Positions 1 through 10,073 of a stretch of 64,000 nucleotides of DNA are shown here, in pieces. The DNA comes from an uncultured Bacillota bacterium (GTDB taxonomy: Bacteria > Bacillota_I > Bacilli_A > RF39 > UBA660), in assembly GCA_948466255.1 (NCBI GenBank), contig CAOJZV010000004.1, positions 5,541 to 69,540 on the forward strand. Reading direction: 5' to 3'. A program made the position numbers and the translations under genes. Within the stretch, counting starts at the first letter, position 1. Each line of letters opens with the position of its first letter. The notes beneath the pieces are model-generated. The model ran no database searches. It was not told the origin of the DNA and worked only from the letters and a program-made list of their open reading frames with translations.

Positions 1-2
1 TA

Positions 3-410
3 GGTATTGATGTTAATCCTGAAATTATTAAGACTTTTGGTTTTAATTCTATGCGTGATATTAATAAGTTTGAAAATATAGAAACAACGGTGGTAGACGG
101 GGTAAATATTATTGATGATTCTTTAGGATATATGATTTTAGAAAAGGTTGATTCGATTGATTGCGATACTCATACTTTATTTATTGGTAGATTAGTAGAA
201 GCTGATATGTTTGAGGACGGTGAGCCTATTAGTTATGGTTATTATCAGGAACATAAGGAAGATTTATTGAAGGTTACAACTGAAAAAGGTAAGACTGCCT
301 GGGTTTGCACGATTTGTGGTTATATTTATTATGGTGATGAAGTTCCTGAAGGATATGTTTGTCCTATATGCGGGGTAGGAAGAAATTTATTTAAGAAACA
401 AGGTGAATAG
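3..410 (+). CDS. Flavin reductase-like domain fused to C-terminal rubredoxin-like domain (5'-truncated by window edge)
   Basis: Frame is open from base 3 into the 51..410 ORF; '[12 protein letters not shown]' flavin-reductase motif; C-terminal WVCTICGY...CPICG rubredoxin motif. Confidence 0.8.
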   Translation, partial: GIDVNPEIIKTFGFNSMRDINKFENIETTVVDGVNIIDDSLGYMILEKVDSIDCDTHTLFIGRLVEADMFEDGEPISYGYYQEHKEDLLKVTTEKGKTAWVCTICGYIYYGDEVPEGYVCPICGVGRNLFKKQGE

Positions 411-412
411 TT

Positions 413-1309
413 ATGGATACTATATTTATTAATTCAAAAGATGGATATAAATTAGAACTTCATGTATTTGAAATAGAGAATTCTAAAGCAGTTATTCAAG
501 TTATTCATGGCATGGAAGAACATCAAGAACGTTATGAATTTTTTATAAAATTTTTGAATAAAAATGGTTTTTCAGTAGTTAGTTCAGATATGCGTGGACA
601 TGGAAAAAGTGCAGAGGATCTTGGACATTTTAAGGATAAAAATGGTTATATGGAGCTTATAGAAGACCAAAAGGCTGTAACCGATTATATTAAAAAACGT
701 TTTTCTAATATTCCTATTTATATATTTGCTCATTCTATGGGAACAATTATAACTAGAGTTTTATTGCAAGAAAATTCAAAAGACTATGAAAAGGTTGTTT
801 TATCTGGTTATCCAAATTTTCAAATAGGTGCTTATTTTGGAATTATTGTTTCTAATATTATTAAGTTTTTTCATGGCCCAAAATATAAATCAAAATTACT
901 AAGTTCTTTAAGTATTGGTTCTTTTAATAAAAATATTAAAAATCCAAAAACTGATAGTGATTGGATTAGTTATAATGAAGATAATATAAATTCATACATG
1001 AATGATTCTTATTGTGGAATTGGTTTTACTTGCGCTGCATTTAATGATTTATTTCATTTAGTTATAAGAATGCATAAACCTAAGCTTTATTACAATATAA
1101 ATGAGAATCTATCTTTGCTTATGATACGTGGTGTTGATGATCCTTGTGTTGGCGGTGATAAAGGTTCTTTAGATTCTCGTAATATTTTGCTTAAAGCAGG
1201 ATTTGATAAAATGATTTTTATTGATTATATAAACATGAGACATGAAATATTAAATGAAAAAGACAATCAAAAAGTTTATAATGATGTTTTAAATTTTTAT
1301 GATAATTAG
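413..1309 (+). CDS. Alpha/beta hydrolase (lysophospholipase/monoglyceride lipase-like)
   Basis: HGMEEH, DMRGHG, nucleophile AHSMG, C-terminal RHEILNE motifs. Confidence 0.88.
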   Translation: MDTIFINSKDGYKLELHVFEIENSKAVIQVIHGMEEHQERYEFFIKFLNKNGFSVVSSDMRGHGKSAEDLGHFKDKNGYMELIEDQKAVTDYIKKRFSNIPIYIFAHSMGTIITRVLLQENSKDYEKVVLSGYPNFQIGAYFGIIVSNIIKFFHGPKYKSKLLSSLSIGSFNKNIKNPKTDSDWISYNEDNINSYMNDSYCGIGFTCAAFNDLFHLVIRMHKPKLYYNINENLSLLMIRGVDDPCVGGDKGSLDSRNILLKAGFDKMIFIDYINMRHEILNEKDNQKVYNDVLNFYDN

Positions 1310-1325
1310 TTAGGAATCAGTTTTA

Positions 1326-1685
1326 ATGAATGGAATTATAAATAATAAACTTAATAGTTTGGCGAAGTCTAATTTTAGAAGCAAATTCCATTTGAAGGAA
1401 ACAGATAAGGAGTATGTTAATAAAAAGGGGATAGAGGTTATAAAAAGTCATGCTTATGATTTTATTAGTAAGAGACTTGCTCCTAGTTATATTCTTAATG
1501 ATGGAAAACAAACACCAATGAAGGGGCATCCTGTTTTTATCGCTCAGCACGCAACTGGAACTTGCTGTAGAGGATGTTTATACAAGTGGCATCATATTCC
1601 TAAGGGTACTTTATTAAATGAAAAACAAATTGATTATGTGGTGAATATTATAATGGCATGGATTGCTAGAGAAATGGGCAATTAA
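1326..1685 (+). CDS. DUF4186-family protein
   Basis: FRSKFHL...NDGKQTPMKGHPVFIAQHATGTCCRGCLYKWHHIPKG is the characteristic family sequence. Confidence 0.8.
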   Translation: MNGIINNKLNSLAKSNFRSKFHLKETDKEYVNKKGIEVIKSHAYDFISKRLAPSYILNDGKQTPMKGHPVFIAQHATGTCCRGCLYKWHHIPKGTLLNEKQIDYVVNIIMAWIAREMGN

Positions 1686-1901
1686 TGCCTTTTTGTTTTG
1701 CTTTAAATTATTTTATAAATTTTATTGCTTATCAAACTTTTGTTTGGTATAATGTTTTTGATATTAGGGCCCAACCTCGCTTAGTACGGGGAAATGTGAG
1801 TTTATTAATTTTTGATTTTAGGTATAGGGCAAATCTATAAAGGAAGGAGGAATTTTATATTTTTTTCAATAATTAGTAATGTTAGGAAGGGGGAATAATT
1901 T

Positions 1902-2762
1902 ATGAAGGAAAACAAACTAGAAACAATTACTAACTTATTTGAAGGTAGTGAAATAAGAAGTGTATGGGACGGGGAAAAAGAAGATTATTATTTTTCAGTA
2001 GTTGATGTTATAAGGGTTTTAACAGATAGCAATGATCCTATGGCTTATTGGCGAAAACTAAAACAACGATTAAAAGCTGAAGGAAGTCAAACTGTGACAA
2101 ATTGTCACGGTTTAAAAATGAAAGCTAAGGATGGAAAAAGGAGATTTACTGATACTTTAGATACTGAAGGAATTTTACGTTTAACCCAATCAGTTCCAAG
2201 CCCGAAAGCTGAACCTTTTAAAATGTGGTTAGCTACATTAGGTAAAGAAAGAATTGATGAAGTTTTTGATCCATCTATTGGTATTGATAAAATGATTAAT
2301 TTTTATTTAAGTAAAGGATACACTTTGGAATGGATTGAACAGCGAATAAAAGCTATAATTAATAGAAAAAAATTAACTAGTACCTGGAAAGAAAATGGAA
2401 TTAGTGATGGCGTGCAGTTTGGAATTCTAACTAATGAAATTTATAAGAGTTGGTCTGGTATGAAAGCATCTGAATATAAACAACACAAGAGTATTAGAAA
2501 AGAAAGCTTGCGAGATAATATGACTGATATTGAAGTCGCTTTAACTGATTTGGGTGAAATTGCGACTAGAGAACTTGTTCGTGAACATAAACCTAAGGGA
2601 TTAGAAGCTAATAAGGAGGTTGCTAGAATAGGTGGTCATGCGGCTAAAGTTGCTCGTGATGATCTTGAGAAAAATCTTGGCAGAACTATTATTAGTAAAG
2701 AAAATAGTTTAGGTTATAAGTATACCTACAAGGATAAACTTATTTCTGATAAAACTGATTAA
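1902..2762 (+). CDS. Bro-N domain protein (phage antirepressor-like)
   Basis: IRSVWD...YFSVVDVIRVLTDS...YWRKLKQRL; QSVPSPKAEPFKMWLA; C-terminal SLRDNMT; RBS GGAAGGGGG upstream. Confidence 0.85.
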   Translation: MKENKLETITNLFEGSEIRSVWDGEKEDYYFSVVDVIRVLTDSNDPMAYWRKLKQRLKAEGSQTVTNCHGLKMKAKDGKRRFTDTLDTEGILRLTQSVPSPKAEPFKMWLATLGKERIDEVFDPSIGIDKMINFYLSKGYTLEWIEQRIKAIINRKKLTSTWKENGISDGVQFGILTNEIYKSWSGMKASEYKQHKSIRKESLRDNMTDIEVALTDLGEIATRELVREHKPKGLEANKEVARIGGHAAKVARDDLEKNLGRTIISKENSLGYKYTYKDKLISDKTD

Positions 2763-2784
2763 AGAAGGTAAATGCCTTCTTTTT
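2762..2784 (+). terminator. Intrinsic terminator
   Basis: AGAAGGT-aaat-GCCTTCT stem followed by T tract directly after the Bro-N stop. Confidence 0.7.
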
Positions 2785-2826
2785 CCCATTTTTTAACTTT
2801 CTACTCACATAATTGTACGTTAATTT

Positions 2827-3042
2827 GTGAGTATATTATTAGTAGTTAGGGAAGGTGATACCGTAGCTACATATGGTATGAAAGATCATTATTTTGGGCA
2901 TAATTTAGATAAAGGTATTTATTCTACGACATATGAAAATAGTCAAATAACAGGTGTTGATATGAACAAAGAAGATTTGGAAGCTGAAAATCTTGTTATT
3001 TATCCGTTAGTAATAGGGCAACAAATTAATTTTCAAAATTAA
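2827..3042 (+). CDS. Short hypothetical ORF or gene remnant
   Basis: Open frame with an internal RBS-like GGGAAGGTGA near 2848; no recognisable family. Confidence 0.3.
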   Translation: MSILLVVREGDTVATYGMKDHYFGHNLDKGIYSTTYENSQITGVDMNKEDLEAENLVIYPLVIGQQINFQN

Positions 3043-3282
3043 TTTTTCACATAGATTAAATTTTCTTATTTCCAAGCAAATCATATTCTGGTTTGCTTTT
3101 TCTAAAAAATAATATATTTTATATAAATAATTTAATGAAAGGAAGATGTTAGATGGATGTTATATTAGAGACGGTAATAATAATAAGTAAAATTATTTTT
3201 GGCTTGTATTTGGATTTAAAAAAATACCAGTATTTAGTGGTAAATAAAATAATGGATTTAGCCATTATTTTTTGGTGTTACT

Positions 3283-3299
3283 TTAAGAAAATATTAAGA
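3283..3299 (+). promoter_or_regulatory. OmpR-family tandem binding repeat (TTAAGA-N5-TTAAGA) upstream of response regulator
   Basis: Direct repeat with 11-bp period just upstream of a TGGTATAAT extended -10; similar repeats recur at 5122-5149. Confidence 0.5.
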
Positions 3300-3352
3300 A
3301 TTATATATTTTTGGTGTGGTATAATATTTATATATTATGAAAGGAAATTTGT

Positions 3353-4036
3353 ATGAATATTTTAGTTGTTGATGATGAAAAAGAAATTGCTGATTTAATT
3401 GAAGTATATCTTAAAAATGAAAATTACAATGTTTATAAATATTATGATAGTGAAATGGTTTTAAGTGATATTGATGCGCTTAATGTTGATTTAGCCATTT
3501 TAGATGTAATGATGCCTGGAATTGATGGTTTTGATTTGTGCAAGAAAATTAGAGATAATTATAATTTTCCGATTATTTTTGTAACTGCGAAAGTAGAAGA
3601 TATTGATAAGATAAGTGGCCTTACTATTGGTGCGGATGATTATATAACTAAACCTTTTCAGCCACTTGAACTTATGGCCCGTGTGAAAGCACAGCTTAGA
3701 AGGTATAAAAGGTATAATCAAGTATTAGATGAAAATATTATTGATTTTAGAAATATTTTAATTAATAATGATACTCATGAATTTTATTTTAATGCAAAGA
3801 AAGTAGAACTTACGCCTATAGAGTTTTCTATCATGTGGCATTTGTGTAAAAATAGGGGAAATGTAATTAAAACGGATGATCTTTTTATGGAAGTATGGGG
3901 CGAGAAGTATTTTGAGAAAGACAATAATACAATTATGGTTCATATAAGACATTTAAGAGAAAAAATGAATGATTGTGGCAGAAATCCAAAGTATATAAAA
4001 ACTATATGGGGAGTGGGGTATAAAATTGAAAAATAA
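3353..4036 (+). CDS. OmpR-family response regulator, VanR-like
   Basis: ILVVDDE, LAILDVMMP, GADDYITKPF, winged-helix NTIMVHIRHLREK and TIWGVGYK. Confidence 0.92.
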   Translation: MNILVVDDEKEIADLIEVYLKNENYNVYKYYDSEMVLSDIDALNVDLAILDVMMPGIDGFDLCKKIRDNYNFPIIFVTAKVEDIDKISGLTIGADDYITKPFQPLELMARVKAQLRRYKRYNQVLDENIIDFRNILINNDTHEFYFNAKKVELTPIEFSIMWHLCKNRGNVIKTDDLFMEVWGEKYFEKDNNTIMVHIRHLREKMNDCGRNPKYIKTIWGVGYKIEK

Positions 4037-5129
4037 TAAATTTGTAAGAAATGCGCTTTTTAAATTCGCACTTCAAGAGATTATTAGTTTAGCTATTATT
4101 GTATTTGTTTTGGGAATTGTCTTTGCAATTGTCCAAATGTCTGATTTTAACTGGTTATATAATGATTCACCTAATTTATATTTTTGGTTTACTGAAGTTT
4201 TTAGTATGATATATAATGGTTTTGGATTTTTTATAATTGTTTTAATTTTTTGGATTTTGGTGACTTTTGTTTTAGTTTATAGATTACTTAAAGAAGTATC
4301 TTCTTATATTGACGTGGTGACAGATGCTTCAGGTTTATTATTTGATAAGGATACTGAGTATATTAAGTTACCATCTGAATTATCTTTGGCTGAGGAAAAT
4401 TTAAATCATTTGAAAAGGGAATATGAAAAAAGCGAGCGTCTTTCTAAAGAAAATGAGCAGAAGAAAGATGACTTGATTGTTTATTTGGCTCATGATATTA
4501 AAACGCCTCTTACTTCTATGATTGGTTATTTATCTTTGCTTGAGGAAATAGATGATATGCCTAAAAAGCAAAGACAAAAATATATAAATATTGCTTTGGA
4601 AAAATCTTATAAACTTGAAGATTTGATTAATGAACTTTTTGATATTACAAGATTTAATTCAGAAAAAATTGTCTTAATGAAAGAAGAAGTTAATCTTGGT
4701 ATGATGATTGAACAAATTGCCGATGATTTTTATCCGATTTTAAAGGAATATGATAGAGAAATTAAGATAACTTCCGATTCTAAGGTTATATTAAATGCTG
4801 ATTCTAATCAATTAGCTAGAGTATTTAGTAATATTATTAAAAATGCTTGTTTTTATAGTACTGATAGGGATATTTTGATTGATATTAGTAAGTCTGATGA
4901 TATGGCTAATATAGTGATTAGTAATAAGGGTAAGAAAATTTCTTCAGAAAAACTTAAGCTTTTATTTGAAAAATTTTACCGTGCTGATTCTTCTAGAACT
5001 AGTAAAACAGGTGGTAGCGGTCTTGGTCTTGCGATTGCAAAAGAGATTACTGATTTACACGGCGGAACTATTAAAGCTGAAAGTGATGATGAGTATACAA
5101 GGTTTATTGTTAGTTTACCTATTAAGTAA
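4026..5129 (+). CDS. Sensor histidine kinase, VanS-like
   Basis: Two N-terminal TMs; H-box YLAHDIKTPLTS; N-box FSNIIKNA; FEKFYR; G2 GSGLGLAIAK. Confidence 0.92.
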   Translation: MKNNKFVRNALFKFALQEIISLAIIVFVLGIVFAIVQMSDFNWLYNDSPNLYFWFTEVFSMIYNGFGFFIIVLIFWILVTFVLVYRLLKEVSSYIDVVTDASGLLFDKDTEYIKLPSELSLAEENLNHLKREYEKSERLSKENEQKKDDLIVYLAHDIKTPLTSMIGYLSLLEEIDDMPKKQRQKYINIALEKSYKLEDLINELFDITRFNSEKIVLMKEEVNLGMMIEQIADDFYPILKEYDREIKITSDSKVILNADSNQLARVFSNIIKNACFYSTDRDILIDISKSDDMANIVISNKGKKISSEKLKLLFEKFYRADSSRTSKTGGSGLGLAIAKEITDLHGGTIKAESDDEYTRFIVSLPIK

Positions 5130-5232
5130 TTCTTAAGATTTTTATAAGGTTAAAGTTAAAAATAATCATTTTATGATTGATACAATTTAATTGTGTTAAT
5201 GAGATGATTATTTTTTTATGGGAGGATGACTT

Positions 5233-6078
5233 ATGACAAAGGGGAAAAGAAGACCTAAAAAGGGCTTAAAGTTTTTAGTTTTAATTTTACTTATTTTATG
5301 GGGGTTATATTTATTATTGTTTGATAGATTTTCTATTAATGATTTTAAAGTTATGGATAAATTATCTTATGATGATGTTTCCAGTTTAAAAAATAATAAA
5401 GGATCTATTAAAAGTAGACTTAAGAAACTTAGTAAAGAAGATGATAGAATTAGTGATATTATTAAAGATTATAATAGTTACCCTGAGGCTTTACTGGATA
5501 TGTTATCTAGAGATATTGATTTGTTAGATTTTGTTTTGAATTATCATGATAAAAGCGGGAAAGTATTTAGTGAAACTATTGATGTAAGAAGGGGTGAAAT
5601 TCCTTTGTTACTTCAGTGGGATGAAAGATGGGGTTATGCTTCTTATGGCGAGAATATGATTGCGATTAGTGGATGCGCACCAACTTCTTTGGCGATGGTT
5701 ATTTCAGGTTTAACTGGTGATACTTCTATTACGCCTTATAAGGTAGCTAAGTATGCGGAAGATAATGGTTTTTATGTTGATGGAACTGGAACTAGTTGGA
5801 GCTTGATGACGAGTGGTAGTGAATTTTTTGGGATTGATGCTAAACAAATTTCTTTATCAAAAGATAATGTATTTAGTGAACTTGAAAATGGTCATCCAAT
5901 TATTGCAAGCATGCGTGAAGGAGATTTTACAACGGCTGGTCATTTTATTGTTTTAACTGGCGTTTCTAATGGGAAAATTAAAGTAAATGATCCTAATAGT
6001 AAGAAGCGTAGTAGTCTTTTATGGGATTATGATAGGCTAGAAAGTCAGATTAAAAATTTATGGTCATTTAGTGTTTAA
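5233..6078 (+). CDS. Membrane-anchored C39-like peptidase
   Basis: N-terminal TM; LLQWDERWG, GCAPTSLAMV (catalytic Cys), GHFIVL (His), VNDPNS (Asp). Confidence 0.85.
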   Translation: MTKGKRRPKKGLKFLVLILLILWGLYLLLFDRFSINDFKVMDKLSYDDVSSLKNNKGSIKSRLKKLSKEDDRISDIIKDYNSYPEALLDMLSRDIDLLDFVLNYHDKSGKVFSETIDVRRGEIPLLLQWDERWGYASYGENMIAISGCAPTSLAMVISGLTGDTSITPYKVAKYAEDNGFYVDGTGTSWSLMTSGSEFFGIDAKQISLSKDNVFSELENGHPIIASMREGDFTTAGHFIVLTGVSNGKIKVNDPNSKKRSSLLWDYDRLESQIKNLWSFSV

Positions 6079-6718
6079 GGAGTATGAATATATGGAAAGA
6101 TTTATTATGATTAAGTATGAGGTTTTAACTTGCTTTGTACCGTTTGTTATTTTATTATTTATTTTGAATTACTTTTATAAGAAAAAATATAATTGTGGGA
6201 TTATGAGAAGAAAAGCTTTTTTGCTTATTTTGTTTGCTTTATATATAACAGGTGTATTTTATTTTACAGGCTCAGGTACTATTTGGGATGGATTATTTAA
6301 AAATTTTGATATTAGATATGAATATATTAATTTTATACCTTTTTCTAATAATATTGATACTATTGGATATTTACTGAATATAGTTTTACTTATTCCTTTT
6401 GGCTTTTTAGTTCCACTTATTTGGAAAAAATTAAATAGGCCTTCAGTTGTTATTGTATTTGGATTTTTATTTTCTTTGCTTGTTGAATTAAGCCAGCTTT
6501 TAAATAATCGTAGTACTGATATTGATGATTTGATTTTGAATACTTTAGGAGCACTTATAGGTTTTGTTATTTTTAGATTATGTGATAAAGTGTTTAAGTT
6601 TGATGATGGTGGAAGTTATTACAAATATGAAATGGTTATTATTGTTTTAGTTATGTTTATAGGCAAGTTTTTACTGTTTAATGAATATTTTTTAGCTTCA
6701 TTATTGTATGGTTTTTAA
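6071..6718 (+). CDS. VanZ-family membrane protein
   Basis: INFIPF, LNIVLLIPFGFLVP, ELSQL, DIDDLILNTLGA motifs. Confidence 0.88.
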   Translation: MFKEYEYMERFIMIKYEVLTCFVPFVILLFILNYFYKKKYNCGIMRRKAFLLILFALYITGVFYFTGSGTIWDGLFKNFDIRYEYINFIPFSNNIDTIGYLLNIVLLIPFGFLVPLIWKKLNRPSVVIVFGFLFSLLVELSQLLNNRSTDIDDLILNTLGALIGFVIFRLCDKVFKFDDGGSYYKYEMVIIVLVMFIGKFLLFNEYFLASLLYGF

Positions 6719-6888
6719 AATAAATCTTATATGGATTTATTTTTTTTATGAGAAAATGAAAGTTTTTTCATTTTGGACAAGGAATTAGGTATAGAAAAAA
6801 CGTATATTATAAGTGAAGGGGCGAATAGGAATGGGGGAACTATGGGGAAAATAAATGTTAAAAAAGCAGGAATAGGAGATGAACGAAT

Positions 6889-7722
6889 ATGGATAAATTA
6901 GAAATTAGTCATAATAGATTTGAAAGTATAAAACACGTAGATGAATTTGAAAACGAATATTGGCATGCAAGAGAACTTATTCATGCATTAGAATATAAAA
7001 AGTGGTAAAAATTTATTAATGTAATAGATAACGCAAAAACCGCATGTGAAAAAAGTGGGAGTTTAATTGATAACCATTTTACCCAAGTGGGTAAAATGGT
7101 CGATATTGGGTCCAACACTTCAAGAAAAATAAAAGACTATAAGTTGTCAAGATATGCTTGTTACTTAATTGTTCAAAATGCAGATCCAAGAAAAAAAGAA
7201 GTTGCACTCGGGCAAACATACTTTGCTATTCAAACGAGAAAACAAGAGATTAGTGAAAAAGAATATAACTTATTAACGGAAGATGAAAAGAGATTTTATC
7301 AAAGAAGTTTAACTAAAAAAGGTAACTACTCATTAAATAAAGCTGCTAAAAATGTTGGAGTTAAAAACTTTGATAAATTTCATAACTATGGTTATAAAGG
7401 ACTATATAATGGAGAAACTGCGGATGATATTGCAAAAAGAAAAAAATTACGATATAGAGAAGATATTTTAGACAATATGGGTAGCGATGAATTAATTGCT
7501 AATCTCTTTAGAATATCTCAAACAGAACAAAAGTTAAGAAATGATAACATTAAGGGTGAGTCTAACGCTAATAAAGTACATTATAATATGGGCAGAGATA
7601 TTAGAAAATTTATAGAAAAACAAGGTGGAACGATGCCAGAAAATTTACCAACGCCTGAAAAAAGTTTAAAACAAATAGAAAAAGAAAATAAAACAAAAGC
7701 AACAAGTATAGATATTAAATAA
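6889..7722 (+). pseudogene. dinD: DinD-like DNA-damage-inducible protein, interrupted by an in-frame TAA at 7006-7008
   Basis: ATG 6889 after AGGAG RBS gives MDKLEISHNRFESIKHVDEFENEYWHARELIHALEYKKW*KFINVID..., continuing in frame into the 7087..7722 ORF; highly similar to the intact paralog at 24377. Confidence 0.8.
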
Positions 7723-7730
7723 AAAATGTA

Positions 7731-8168
7731 CTAATGTACATTTTTCCAAATTTCTCTAATTTCTTTAGGCATTTCTTTAAGGGTGATATTTTTCATCCTT
7801 TTTTCATTGCCATCTTTTTCAGCCTGTGTATAATACCAGCATTTATAATTAATCATATTAAGGGCTTTTTGAAGTTCTTTAATTTTTGCCTCAATATTTT
7901 CTTTTTGTTTTAAAAACATATTTTTTCTTTTAGTGATTGTTTTGTTGCCTTCTGAAACCCAAGACATAAACTCTTTGATGTCTTTTATCTGCATTCCTGA
8001 TTTTTTTAAACACTCAATAACTCTTATAGCCTCTAAATTACTTTCATTGAATTTTCTAATCCCAGATTTATCTTTTTCTAAATTAATAAGTAGTCCTTCT
8101 TTGTCATAATACCTTAAAGTTGATATAGGAATATTAAACATTTCAGATACTTCACCAATGCTATACAT
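7731..8168 (-). CDS. MerR-family transcriptional regulator (AdhR-like)
   Basis: MYSIGEVSE...STLRYYDKEGLL; IECLKKSGMQIKDIK; GGAGG RBS on the minus strand. Confidence 0.92.
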   Translation of the reverse strand: MYSIGEVSEMFNIPISTLRYYDKEGLLINLEKDKSGIRKFNESNLEAIRVIECLKKSGMQIKDIKEFMSWVSEGNKTITKRKNMFLKQKENIEAKIKELQKALNMINYKCWYYTQAEKDGNEKRMKNITLKEMPKEIREIWKNVH

Positions 8169-8197
8169 ATTATTACCTCCATTTTTAAAATTTAGTA

Positions 8198-8228
8198 TTG
8201 ACCTAAAGTCAGGTTTAGGTGTTACAAT
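8198..8228 (+). promoter_or_regulatory. MerR-type promoter/operator for flavodoxin gene
   Basis: TTGACC-19 bp-TACAAT with dyad ACCTAAA-N6-TTTAGGT (8201-8220) in the elongated spacer, the hallmark of MerR-activated promoters. Confidence 0.8.
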
Positions 8229-8290
8229 TATACTAACATATTAAAATTAAGTATGTCAAGGAGGAAGAAAGTAGAAAGGAAAATGAATTT

Positions 8291-8932
8291 ATGGATAAAA
8301 AAATAATAGGAATTATAATATTAGTTATAGTAATATGCGCGGTTATTGCTGCAATGTTTATTTTAAATAAAAATAATGATAAAACTACTAACGAAAATAC
8401 TACTAGTGAAAATACAGAAAATGAAAGTAATGATAATATTAAAGTAGGTGATGGTAAAACATTAGTTGTATATTATTCTGCTCAAAGTCATACTAAAGAT
8501 GTTGCTTTAAAAATTGCGGATAACTTAGGTGCAGATACTTTTGAAATTGTTCCAAAAGATAAATATAATGAGGCAGATTTAGACTGGACTGATGATAATT
8601 CTAGAGTATCAAAAGAACATGATGATGAGTCTTTAAGAAATGTTAAACTTACAAATACAAAAGTAGATAATTGGGATAATTATGATACAATTTTAATTGG
8701 TTATCCTATTTGGTGGGGTGTGGCTGCTTGGCCAACTAATACTTTTGTAAAAGATAATAATTTTGATGGTAAAACCGTTATTCCATTTTGTACTTCTGCA
8801 TCATCTGGATTAGGTGAGAGTGGAGATTTACTTGCTAAAGAAGCAGATACAGGAAACTGGTTAGAAGGTCATCGTTTTAGTTCTAATGCGTCAGAATCCG
8901 ATATTAAATCTTTTACTGATAGTTTAAAATAG
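8291..8932 (+). CDS. Membrane-anchored flavodoxin
   Basis: N-terminal TM; LVVYYSAQSHT, IGYPIWWG, IPFCTSASSGLG. Confidence 0.88.
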   Translation: MDKKIIGIIILVIVICAVIAAMFILNKNNDKTTNENTTSENTENESNDNIKVGDGKTLVVYYSAQSHTKDVALKIADNLGADTFEIVPKDKYNEADLDWTDDNSRVSKEHDDESLRNVKLTNTKVDNWDNYDTILIGYPIWWGVAAWPTNTFVKDNNFDGKTVIPFCTSASSGLGESGDLLAKEADTGNWLEGHRFSSNASESDIKSFTDSLK

Positions 8933-9008
8933 TTAAGGTAAATCATTTTTGATTTACTTTTTTATATGGTATAATTGATTATATAAAATTAGAAATGAAG
9001 TGTTAAAA

Positions 9009-10073
9009 ATGAATAAGAAAGTATTGTTTTTAATAATTTTATTATCAATATCAGCAATCGTTTTTGTTTATAATGATGATTTTTTATATTCAAAAACAAT
9101 TATGAAAATCACTAATATTGAAACTATTGAAACTGATGTTTCTTCTAATCCACTGGGGTTAGAAGAAGAACATTATACAAAGGAAATTAGCGGTATTATT
9201 ACTAACGGTACACATAAAGGAGAAAAATTAACTTTAGATTATGAAGAAACTTTTTCTTCAGTTGTTACTGATAAATATAGAGTAGGCGATAAAGTTTTTG
9301 TAGTTTCTAATGAAATCGATGATTTAAAAAGAGATTTTTATTTGGTTATATTAGCCTCAGTTTTTGTTTTATTTATGTTTTTAGTGGGACAGTACCGAGG
9401 TTTACTTGCTATATTAAGTGTTATATTTAATTCTTTAGTATTTTATTTTGGATTGATATTGTATCAAAATCATATGAATTTAACGCTTATTTGTATAGTC
9501 GAATCTATAATTTTTATGTTTTCATCTTTGTTTATTGCGAATGGAATAAACAAAAAGTCGATGGTGGCAATTTTATCAACTTTTGTATCGATGACTGTAT
9601 TATTTATTTTAACTTTTGTATTAATTAAGTGTATAGACTATTCAGGGATTAATTTTAATGAAATTAGTTTTATTACAGTTCCTTATGCTGATGTTATTTT
9701 ACCTGGTTTATTTATAGGGGCTTTGGGGGCGGTAATGGATGTGGCTATTACAATTGCTTCTTCTATTGGTGAACTTATTGAAAAGGATTCTAAAATAAGT
9801 GCTAAAGCGCTTAATAAATCTGGTAAAGAAATTGGTAAAGATATCATGAGTACCATGATTAATGTTTTGTTTTTTACTTATTTATGTAGTGGACTACCAG
9901 TTTTTGTTTTGGCTATAAGAAATGGATTTTCTATTTTTAATTATATTTCAACTAATTTTTCATTAGAATTAACAAGATTTTTAGTGGGCAGTATTGGGAT
10001 TGTTATGACAATACCTATATCAATATTTATTGCAATTAAAATTCTCAAAAAGGGAAGTGAAATAAGTGAATAA
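9009..10073 (+). CDS. YibE/F-family membrane protein
   Basis: IGALGAVMDVAITIASS, GKEIGKDIMSTMINVLFFTY, GSIGIVMTIP. Confidence 0.88.
   Translation: MNKKVLFLIILLSISAIVFVYNDDFLYSKTIMKITNIETIETDVSSNPLGLEEEHYTKEISGIITNGTHKGEKLTLDYEETFSSVVTDKYRVGDKVFVVSNEIDDLKRDFYLVILASVFVLFMFLVGQYRGLLAILSVIFNSLVFYFGLILYQNHMNLTLICIVESIIFMFSSLFIANGINKKSMVAILSTFVSMTVLFILTFVLIKCIDYSGINFNEISFITVPYADVILPGLFIGALGAVMDVAITIASSIGELIEKDSKISAKALNKSGKEIGKDIMSTMINVLFFTYLCSGLPVFVLAIRNGFSIFNYISTNFSLELTRFLVGSIGIVMTIPISIFIAIKILKKGSEISE

Noticed and set aside
1902-2762. Prophage suggested by the Bro-N antirepressor
   Set aside because: No integrase, structural, replication or lysis genes nearby.
3153-3356. 67-aa ORF upstream of the response regulator
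   Set aside because: Its 3' half crosses a hairpin, the regulator's binding repeats and its promoter; no family recognised. At most a remnant, despite an RBS-like sequence.
3353-6718. Vancomycin resistance cluster
   Set aside because: No D-Ala-D-Lac/Ser ligase, dehydrogenase, racemase or D,D-peptidase genes are present.
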